Shown: piece by piece, positions 30,296 to 37,780 of the stretch | Layout of the letters: each line of letters begins with the position of its first letter | How positions within the stretch are numbered: position 1 is the first letter of the stretch | NCBI GenBank assembly: GCA_964385105.1 | Contig: CAYLMU010000001.1 | Span: 194,252 to 258,251 of the forward strand | Reading direction: 5' to 3' | From: an uncultured Candidatus Saccharibacteria bacterium | GTDB taxonomy: Bacteria; Patescibacteriota; WWE3; UBA101185; UBA10185 | DNA: 64,000 nucleotides | Program-made: the position numbers and the translations under genes | The notes under the pieces: generated by a model | The model's database searches: none | The model's input: the letters and a program-made list of their open reading frames with translations, nothing else | Told to the model about the DNA's origin: nothing

Positions 30296-30637
30296 ATGGC
30301 AAACACAACATCAGCAAAAAAAGCAATAAGGCAGTCGCAAAAGAAGCGACTTCATAATTTATTGTGGAAAAATCGTATAAAAGAAACTTCAAAGAACATA
30401 AAGAAATATCTACATGAAAAGAATGCAGATATTGATATAATAAAAAAAGAAGAAACTCTGTTTTATAAAATAGTGGATAAAGCTGCAAAAAATAAAGTTA
30501 TTCACAAAAACAAAGCAGGTAGACTTAAATCAAGAATTTCAAAACAGATAGCTGCCCATGAAAAAGCTGGAACAAATAAAAAACCTAAATCCGAAAAAGA
30601 ATCAACCTCCACCAGAAAATCCAAATCTAAGTCCTAA
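30296..30637 (+). CDS. rpsT: 30S ribosomal protein S20 with a basic C-terminal extension
   Basis: MANTTSAKKAIRQ, DKAAKNKVIHKNKAGRLKSR. Confidence 0.95.
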   Translation: MANTTSAKKAIRQSQKKRLHNLLWKNRIKETSKNIKKYLHEKNADIDIIKKEETLFYKIVDKAAKNKVIHKNKAGRLKSRISKQIAAHEKAGTNKKPKSEKESTSTRKSKSKS

Positions 30638-31142
30638 TTTAGTTCCTCACATAGTTCCGCCGGTAAAACAGCGTAATCATGAAGCATATGTACCCTTTGT
30701 TGTTGCAATTACTCTTTTATTTCAATTGTTTTTGGTAATAATAATCTTGCATAACTTTTTACTTAATCGCACAATTTTAAGCCTTGAAAAAGATATGAAC
30801 AACACTTATGCACTTGTGCAGCGTGATATTAATGTTTTTGAACAAGTTGATACATTAAGCAGAAAAACCGTTGTTTATGAATCTGCAATGCAATCAAGAA
30901 GTGAAATCGGGAAATATGTTGAGTCAATGCTTGGTTCAATTGCCGGTGATATTGAACTTAACGAAGTTTCGGCTACAGGAAATAGAGGTACTTTTGAAAT
31001 CACAACGCATGAAGCTTTGAGTGGGGCATTACTTATTCATAATTTGTTTGAGACCCGAAATGTTGACTCGGTAGCAATTACGGCAGCCGACTTGAACGAT
31101 AAGGGTGAGTATACAATTAAAATGGAGATTTTGTTTTTATAA
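30558..31142 (+). CDS. PilN-like type IV pilus alignment protein
   Basis: NLVP motif (compare PilN INLLP), one TM, coiled coil, ferredoxin-like C-terminal pattern; directly upstream of PilO. Confidence 0.6.
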   Translation: MKKLEQIKNLNPKKNQPPPENPNLSPNLVPHIVPPVKQRNHEAYVPFVVAITLLFQLFLVIIILHNFLLNRTILSLEKDMNNTYALVQRDINVFEQVDTLSRKTVVYESAMQSRSEIGKYVESMLGSIAGDIELNEVSATGNRGTFEITTHEALSGALLIHNLFETRNVDSVAITAADLNDKGEYTIKMEILFL

Positions 31143-31702
31143 TGCTTGATTATCAAGGGATAACCAACACATACGAAAGAGAAATTAATACTAAACCGCA
31201 AAATAAACTTACTTTATTTATTTTATTGTTTATATTAAATGTGGTTACGTTTAGCTATCCTATAATTTATAAAGGCTATCAGTCAGTTGTAGAGAAAAAT
31301 GCAAAAATTTTAGAATATAATCAAGTTAACCGTGATCTTGAGTCAAATCTGGAAAAAGTTTCATCCTACAGAAATTACATGAATTCAAAAGAAGCACAAA
31401 TTGCCACATTGAATAGGGCAATTCCCTCACATCTTGAATCAGCAGAATTTTTGATGCTATTAACCGATGCTGCTTCACCTTATGGGTATTTGGTAGAAAA
31501 ACTTCAAGTTGATAATTCTAACCCCAACGAAGTTATTATAAATATTGATATGTTAGGTCCTTCATCGACTGCATCATCGGTAATTAAGGATGTAGAAAAT
31601 TTATCGCGGTTAACAATAATTGATGATGTGAAAGTAAAGCCTTCAAATGATGCTTTAGGAGTTCTTGAAATAACGTTTAAAGTTAGAATATTTGCGAGCT
31701 AA
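31142..31702 (+). CDS. pilO: Type IV pilus protein PilO-like
   Basis: TM, coiled coil, LNRAIP...FL...L, VENLSRLTIIDDV. Confidence 0.72.
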   Translation: MLDYQGITNTYEREINTKPQNKLTLFILLFILNVVTFSYPIIYKGYQSVVEKNAKILEYNQVNRDLESNLEKVSSYRNYMNSKEAQIATLNRAIPSHLESAEFLMLLTDAASPYGYLVEKLQVDNSNPNEVIINIDMLGPSSTASSVIKDVENLSRLTIIDDVKVKPSNDALGVLEITFKVRIFAS

Positions 31703-31707
31703 AAAAT

Positions 31708-31887
31708 ATGATTAAAGTTGTATTGATTTTTTTGAGTACAATGCTTATACTTTTATTAGGATTGTTCTTTGGATTCGAACAAATTCAAAAGAGCTTTGAA
31801 ATTCCGGCACATATTGCGGAACTTTCAATACCTTTTGAAAAAGAATTAAACAAAGAATTCATAGAAAATCTTAAACCTGCCTTATGA
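31708..31887 (+). CDS. 59-aa single-TM protein in the pilP position
   Basis: Not in the track; MIKVVLIFLSTMLILLLGLFFGFEQIQKSFEIPAHIAELSIPFEKELNKEFIENLKPAL; ATGA overlap with the next gene. Confidence 0.7.
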   Translation: MIKVVLIFLSTMLILLLGLFFGFEQIQKSFEIPAHIAELSIPFEKELNKEFIENLKPAL

Positions 31888-32375
31888 ACGCAAAACAACA
31901 AGCACAAAACGGCTTTAAAACCTTTATAGTTACTTTTCTAGGATCGCTTGTAATATTTGGTTCGTTTTATTACTTTTTAATGGAAGCTTCTACAGAAGAT
32001 GTAAATGTAGAAGACTCCTCAACTTTAATGGGTGAAACCAGAACAGCTGAAAATGATACTATGCCTACACAGGCACTTGAAGCATCTGAAGTTACTAATG
32101 AAACTGAAGATGTAAAAGGTGCAGCCGTGGCAGGTGACAGTCCGTTTGCCCAACTCTCGGCTCAAAATGTTTATACTGCGCAAGGAGCTGTATTATCAGG
32201 AACAGACCAAACAACTCAAAGTACTGTTCCAAGCACCGGTTTTACAAGCATAACAATGGGATTGGTTATTTCTGTAGCACTTTTTTCATTCTTTATGTAC
32301 ATAGTATTTATAAACCCAAGAAGATACGCATTATCCAAGTTTGAAGAAAATGTAATGCGCGATCTCGAGAAATAA
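31884..32375 (+). CDS. Surface protein with N-terminal TM and C-terminal VPSTG-TM-RR sorting-like signal
   Basis: TVPSTG, then FTSITMGLVISVALFSFFMYIVFI, then NPRR. Confidence 0.65.
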   Translation: MNAKQQAQNGFKTFIVTFLGSLVIFGSFYYFLMEASTEDVNVEDSSTLMGETRTAENDTMPTQALEASEVTNETEDVKGAAVAGDSPFAQLSAQNVYTAQGAVLSGTDQTTQSTVPSTGFTSITMGLVISVALFSFFMYIVFINPRRYALSKFEENVMRDLEK

Positions 32376-32418
32376 ACCATCAATTCATCAAAGATAGTTC
32401 AATCTAAATTTTGAGATT

Positions 32419-33192
32419 TTATCCTGTTACCAAAACAGCATCAATAAGTAGTCTGTATAATTTTGTTCCTGGGGGAGAACAGGTCATTAGAACAACAGTT
32501 GACTCGTTTAAATATTTAGGTTTAATTTCTGCCAATGGGTTAACCTGGTCGGGTTTGAGTTGTCTTTTTCCTTCTACTTTGTATGTAAGTGTTTTGCCTT
32601 TATATTCTATTGTAAACTCATCACCTGTTTCCAAATCTCCAAGTGTTGAAAAGATTGTTTTGTAATTTTTGGGGTTATAAAAAAAAGGCAAAACCGAGTG
32701 TCCGTAAATAAATGAGTTTCCGGGTTCACCGGGTAGAGCGGAGCCTGTGTAATGTCCAAGTGCATGGTCGGGAACAAGTGTCGGCTCATTAATTTGCACA
32801 CTTGCCCGTTTAATATTAAGTTTTGGTATAGTCAAATAAAAATATTCCTCATAATTACTGTCGTCAGAATTAAAAGTACTTTTTCCAAGAACTTGGGATT
32901 TTTCGTGATTTTGCTGATTTTGTTCTTTTTGTACACTTAGTTCGTCAAATTTAAACTCCTGAAAACCGCTGACATATCCAAGTGCACTTACTTCAAGTAT
33001 TTCAGTGTTTTTTTCTTGGGTTTGAAATGTAACCAAAGGTAACGCAACTTGAGTTGCAAGAAGTGTGAGCGCAAGTACCGGAACTGCAATTGGCACAATT
33101 CTAGTTCTTGCCATAAACCAAAAGTTTATTTGAGTATAAATCGGGTCGTATGGTTGATCTTTAATATATACTTTGGGCTTAAAGTAGGGCAT
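32419..33192 (-). CDS. Sortase (class D/E-like)
   Basis: LTIPKLNI, GHYTGSALPGEPGN, YGHS, LMTC..GTKLYR (His-Cys-Arg triad). Confidence 0.93.
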   Translation of the reverse strand: MPYFKPKVYIKDQPYDPIYTQINFWFMARTRIVPIAVPVLALTLLATQVALPLVTFQTQEKNTEILEVSALGYVSGFQEFKFDELSVQKEQNQQNHEKSQVLGKSTFNSDDSNYEEYFYLTIPKLNIKRASVQINEPTLVPDHALGHYTGSALPGEPGNSFIYGHSVLPFFYNPKNYKTIFSTLGDLETGDEFTIEYKGKTLTYKVEGKRQLKPDQVNPLAEIKPKYLNESTVVLMTCSPPGTKLYRLLIDAVLVTG

Positions 33193-33205
33193 TGGTTTTA
33201 TATTA

Positions 33206-33910
33206 TCATTTTTCTTTCAGTATTTGTTCTACGGTGTATACGCTTGAGATAGAAGGATGGATTTTTCCGGTTTTCATACTTTTGTCTATTTGGTAAAGAG
33301 TTTTATAAATTTGGCTTACTTTTTGTTCAGTGTAGCTTTTTGCCTGTTTCAGTGCTTTATTTTTTGCAAATGGCGCTATTTTACTTGAAAGAGGTGAGTT
33401 AGTTACTATATATGCAATGTTTCTAAATCCGTAAACAATCATGGAAAATAAGTAAAAAGGATCGGTTTGGTCTTGCATAAGCCTTTGAAGCTCGTTGTAT
33501 GTGTTTTTTCTATTATTTGAGAATAAGTAGTCTAAGAATCTAAATATGTCAGAAGAAGGTTCTGCGTTATTTATTACTTCTTTTGCTTTTAACGCTGCTT
33601 TGTTTTTGATAAACACATTTGATTTGGATAGTTCTTTATTTGAGTAAATAACTATATTTACATCAGTTGGTACAGATTTTAGGGCATCAACATACTCCAA
33701 GAGGTTTTTTCTTCCCGCGTCTGACACATCAACAGATACAAACGGAGGTTCTGAAAAAAGGTCATATGAACTGCTGATTTCGGTAAGTTGACCCGGAGTA
33801 ATATTATTTACATTCACGTCTGTTTTATTAGTACTTTCGAGTTTTTTTTGTAATTCCGTTATGACTTTTCTGGTTTTAGAAAAGTCGTCACCATGTATTA
33901 AAAAAATCAT
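33206..33910 (-). CDS. holA: DNA polymerase III delta subunit (short)
   Basis: MIFLIHGDD, IFRFLD, IDKSMKTG; lies near rpsT and lepA. Confidence 0.75.
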   Translation of the reverse strand: MIFLIHGDDFSKTRKVITELQKKLESTNKTDVNVNNITPGQLTEISSSYDLFSEPPFVSVDVSDAGRKNLLEYVDALKSVPTDVNIVIYSNKELSKSNVFIKNKAALKAKEVINNAEPSSDIFRFLDYLFSNNRKNTYNELQRLMQDQTDPFYLFSMIVYGFRNIAYIVTNSPLSSKIAPFAKNKALKQAKSYTEQKVSQIYKTLYQIDKSMKTGKIHPSISSVYTVEQILKEK

Positions 33911-33915
33911 AAGGT

Positions 33916-34974
33916 TTAATGGATGCCAAAAATATATCTTTGAACGTATGCGTGCATTTGAGAAAAGTCGCCGTTTCTTGGTAAAAGCACATACTGCCCA
34001 TCATAAAGGCTGGTGTCTTCAGGTGCATACAACAATCCGCCTGAATCAGCAGCACTTCTATCATCAAGAACAATTGATGTTACGTCTTCAAAGTTAATTT
34101 GTTGTGAGAGTAAATAGAAATTTTGAATATCGTTAAATGTTAGGTTTGTATCTACATTTTTTTCATATGCATTGTACAGATCGCTTAATTTTGCAGGATT
34201 AATAATTGTATTAAGTGACAATGCCTTATCTTTAATGGCCATAATAACTTTTTGTTGTCTTGCAGCTCTTGCAAAGTCAGTGCCTTCGTTGTTACTTCCT
34301 TTTCTAGATCTGGCAAATTTAAGTGCGGTCTCACCATCCATTTGTTGTTTACCGGCTGAAAATGAAACAGTTTCGTATCTTTCATTAAGTGGGGCATTTT
34401 CTTTACCCTCAACAGGATATTCCGAGTCTACAAATGAGTTGTCAACTACAACCTCAACCCCACCCAAAGTATCTACAGTATCTTTAAAAAGTTCAAAATC
34501 TACAACAGCATAATAATGGATTGGGATTCCAAGAACATTTTCTACAACTTGGCTTATGCCCTCTCCGCCTTCATATGCATAAACAGCATTTATTTTTATA
34601 AAAAAAGGTGTCGGTCCTGTTGTTTTTACCCAAAGGTCTCGCGGCAATGAAATTAATGTGACGGTTTTATCAACACGACCGATGGAAGCAACTAAAATTG
34701 TGTCGGTTAAAGTAGCTGACCTTGTATCTCCCTGACGTTTGTCTGAGCCCAACACTAATATATTGGTTCTACCGTCTGTTTCGTTTAATTTTACTTCAGA
34801 AATATTTGCCACAATTGAAATAGGGTTAAAAATAGCTTTTACGTCATTACCGAATAAAATTAACGATAATCCAAAAAAGCCGAGTACACATGCTGCAATT
34901 AAAATAGGTTTTTTATAATTCTTTTGCTTGGGTTGAGCAGTATTTCGTTTTTTTGCAACATTCATGTATTTCAT
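33916..34974 (-). CDS. LytR-CpsA-Psr (LCP) family protein
   Basis: TNILVLGSD, TDTI, SLPRDL, KINA, FARSR, DFARAARQQ. Confidence 0.95.
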   Translation of the reverse strand: MKYMNVAKKRNTAQPKQKNYKKPILIAACVLGFFGLSLILFGNDVKAIFNPISIVANISEVKLNETDGRTNILVLGSDKRQGDTRSATLTDTILVASIGRVDKTVTLISLPRDLWVKTTGPTPFFIKINAVYAYEGGEGISQVVENVLGIPIHYYAVVDFELFKDTVDTLGGVEVVVDNSFVDSEYPVEGKENAPLNERYETVSFSAGKQQMDGETALKFARSRKGSNNEGTDFARAARQQKVIMAIKDKALSLNTIINPAKLSDLYNAYEKNVDTNLTFNDIQNFYLLSQQINFEDVTSIVLDDRSAADSGGLLYAPEDTSLYDGQYVLLPRNGDFSQMHAYVQRYIFGIH

Positions 34975-34976
34975 AT

Positions 34977-35630
34977 TTATGATGTAATCAATTTATAGAA
35001 ATGTTGTGGGTCTAAGCTTGCATTTCCGATTAAAAAACCGTTAAGACCGTTTATGCTTTTGAGCTCCTTGATGTTTTCGCTGTTAACTGACCCGCCATAC
35101 AAGATTTTACCATTTTCAGGTAGTTTATGCTTCATGAAATTTACTTCCTTTTCAATGTTTTCTATGGGTTTTGCATTATAAACCCCGTCTTTCGATATGT
35201 TTTGCGGGTCTTCCCATGCAAGGATGACATTTTCTGCATAATATTTTTCAATATTTTGAGGGTCTGTAAAGCAAATTATAGGAATTATACCGTTTTCCAG
35301 GCAATTTGTTGCTTTTTTTAATACAATTTCCGCGTCTTCGCCTCTTTCGCTATGCCCGACAATACTGTATTTAACATAATTTTTTAGTTGAAATGTTCCA
35401 ACTTCACCTGTGTGAGCGCCTTTCTCATAAATTGAAACATCCTGGGATGCGAGTTCAATGCCTTTATTTTGTGCAATTTTATTTTGAACCAATTGTAAGT
35501 GTAAAAATGAAGGCGCAATAACAATATTGGCATTATGTGTTTGAGTTGAAATGTTTTTCCAATAATCAAACCACTGTTCAATTTCAGAAACCGACATATT
35601 CATTTTCCAGTTGGCAATAAAATATTTCAT
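34977..35630 (-). CDS. tpiA: Triosephosphate isomerase (short)
   Basis: ANWKMN, GAHTGE, GHSER, AWEDP, YGGSV. Confidence 0.93.
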   Translation of the reverse strand: MKYFIANWKMNMSVSEIEQWFDYWKNISTQTHNANIVIAPSFLHLQLVQNKIAQNKGIELASQDVSIYEKGAHTGEVGTFQLKNYVKYSIVGHSERGEDAEIVLKKATNCLENGIIPIICFTDPQNIEKYYAENVILAWEDPQNISKDGVYNAKPIENIEKEVNFMKHKLPENGKILYGGSVNSENIKELKSINGLNGFLIGNASLDPQHFYKLITS

Positions 35631-35633
35631 AAG

Positions 35634-36467
35634 TTAAGCAAGTTCTTTGAGTACTTCTTCAATTAAGGTAGGCAGTGATTCAATATCTTCGTGTGTATAA
35701 TCATATCCTAAAACATTTAAACAAGAAAACAATACTCCAATATTTGAGTAAATATTTTTTGCATATGTACAAGCTACTAAACTATGTACAAGAACGTTTC
35801 CTCCTATTTCGCCGATTCTTGATTTACTGCACCCAACAGGGCATCCGGAACATGAAGGAAAAGTATCTTTACTTACTGTCATCTTGCCGACTTCGTTCAA
35901 AAGCTTGTGATACAGTTCTTCGTACTTTTCTTTATTTATTATTTTTTCGGTTTTGGTACCCGTTACAACAAGTCCGAATATATTTTTTTTGTCGAATTTA
36001 TCTTCGAGAAAGGTTTCGGGGGTTAAAAAGAAATCATCAAGCAAAAATTTTCCGGCCGCTTTTTTTATAATACTTCTTTTTCCGGGAAGTCCAAGTGAAG
36101 TTATTTCGGCTTCTTGTGATTTAAAACTGACTATTTCATTTTGAATATCAAGTATTACAGGCTGGGGGGATTTTCCATGGATTACAATTGAATCTACTCC
36201 CGAAAAAGCCAAACGTAATGAAAGTGATCCGCCGATATAGATATCTTCTACAACGCCCTCACTATAAAAAACTATAGATGTTTTTGAAACATAAGGAAAT
36301 TTTCCGTTTAAAGGCCCAACCGAGATAATAACCGGATCTTTGTCGATGTTATCAAGCAGCAGTTTTAAACCCAAGCCTACACCTCCGATATAAGGGTTGA
36401 GTTCAGGCAAAGATTTTACTTCAGATTCATGCGTACTTAAATTTATATAAAGTATTTTTTTGTGCAT
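35634..36467 (-). CDS. Miniature aldehyde:ferredoxin oxidoreductase (AOR/GAPOR) family protein
   Basis: ILYINLST, YIGGVGLG, GPLNG, GG...SGVDSIVIHGKS..PV (AFOR_N); CSGCPVGC and HSLVAC. Confidence 0.8.
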   Translation of the reverse strand: MHKKILYINLSTHESEVKSLPELNPYIGGVGLGLKLLLDNIDKDPVIISVGPLNGKFPYVSKTSIVFYSEGVVEDIYIGGSLSLRLAFSGVDSIVIHGKSPQPVILDIQNEIVSFKSQEAEITSLGLPGKRSIIKKAAGKFLLDDFFLTPETFLEDKFDKKNIFGLVVTGTKTEKIINKEKYEELYHKLLNEVGKMTVSKDTFPSCSGCPVGCSKSRIGEIGGNVLVHSLVACTYAKNIYSNIGVLFSCLNVLGYDYTHEDIESLPTLIEEVLKELA

Positions 36468-36468
36468 A

Positions 36469-36750
36469 TTATTCCAGTAAATGCTCCTCGTCTACCTCGG
36501 AAGATTCTTCAACAGTAAAAACGCCTGTTGGGCATATGTTCTTTATTTTTTCAACTTTTAGCTTATTTACCGTTTTATCCATGTCAATAGTAAAAATCAC
36601 CTCACCAATCATATTCTCTTCCTGGTTTCTAAATATTCTTATCGGAGAGCCTTCTAACCCAAGTTTATTTAATTGTCTTTGAACTTCAATAACGCAAAGC
36701 TCACACCCTATGCAATTTTCGGGAAATGTAATTTTAATAATTTTAGCCAT
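36469..36750 (-). CDS. 4Fe-4S ferredoxin-like protein
   Basis: CIGCELC and ICPTG give one complete set of four Cys. Confidence 0.8.
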   Translation of the reverse strand: MAKIIKITFPENCIGCELCVIEVQRQLNKLGLEGSPIRIFRNQEENMIGEVIFTIDMDKTVNKLKVEKIKNICPTGVFTVEESSEVDEEHLLE

Positions 36751-37720
36751 TAGCCTCCTTTTTGTAACCTAGGGCTTCAATCCCCGGTAAAGTTTCATTT
36801 ACAATGAATTCAAGCATTGCACTTCCGCCTGTAGACACCCAGTTTATATAATTTAACGTGTTTGTGCTTTTTAATGCAGAAATTGTGTCTCCGCCGCCTA
36901 CTACCCAATACGAGTTTGAGTTGGGGATTAATGAAGCAATTTTATTTGTGCTCGTTGCAAATTCCGGAACTTCAAATTGCCCTAATGGTCCTGCCCATAC
37001 AATAGTGTTTGAGTTTGTTATTATTTCTATATATTGCGCGGTTGTTTCAGCGCCAATATCGCGGGGATTATTTTGTTCGTCATAAATATAGTCTGTAGGA
37101 ATATGTAAATTTTGAGGAATTTGCTCATCCCAGTTTAATCCGATTAAGCCACCAAGCAAAACATTGTTTGCTATTTTAATAAATTTTGAAACTACCGGTT
37201 TTTTACTCTCAAGCTTTGCTCCTCCTACCAATACTGTAAGTGGTTTATTTGGCGATTTTATAACATTGCTTAATACCTCCACTTCTTTTTGCAGGTTTAA
37301 TCCGGCGTATGAAGGCAGTAAACCCGCTACCCCAACAATAGAAGCATGTTTTCTATGTGAGGTAGCAAAGCTTTCATTAATATAAATATCTGCTTTGGAT
37401 GCCAGTTCTTTTGAAAACTCGTTATCATTTGATTCTTCTCCGGGATTAAAACGCAGATTTTCTAAAAGTTCATATTGGTTTATGCCTAAATAAGTATCAA
37501 AATATGGTTTTAGTTTTTGCGTAGAAAGGTTGGAATCCTCTGAACCACCAGGTCTTCCGATGTGCCCAGCTATTACCGGAATAACTTTATTTTCTATCAA
37601 ATAGTTTAATGTAGGAAGCCCCGATTCAAGCCTAAAGTAATCGTTATCGGGTACATCAAGATCCATTCGTACCAGAGCTTTCATACCGGGCGTTAATTTT
37701 GCTTCTGTAAGTAGTCGCAT
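36743..37720 (-). CDS. pgk: Phosphoglycerate kinase (short)
   Basis: VRMDLDVP, HIGRP, LLENLRF, HRKHAS, GGAK, GGGDT, STGG. Confidence 0.95.
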   Translation of the reverse strand: MRLLTEAKLTPGMKALVRMDLDVPDNDYFRLESGLPTLNYLIENKVIPVIAGHIGRPGGSEDSNLSTQKLKPYFDTYLGINQYELLENLRFNPGEESNDNEFSKELASKADIYINESFATSHRKHASIVGVAGLLPSYAGLNLQKEVEVLSNVIKSPNKPLTVLVGGAKLESKKPVVSKFIKIANNVLLGGLIGLNWDEQIPQNLHIPTDYIYDEQNNPRDIGAETTAQYIEIITNSNTIVWAGPLGQFEVPEFATSTNKIASLIPNSNSYWVVGGGDTISALKSTNTLNYINWVSTGGSAMLEFIVNETLPGIEALGYKKEANG

Positions 37721-37780
37721 ATTTTATCTTATTTTACAATTTAATTGATGTTTTGAACATTTTAGTGCTAAATTATACTT

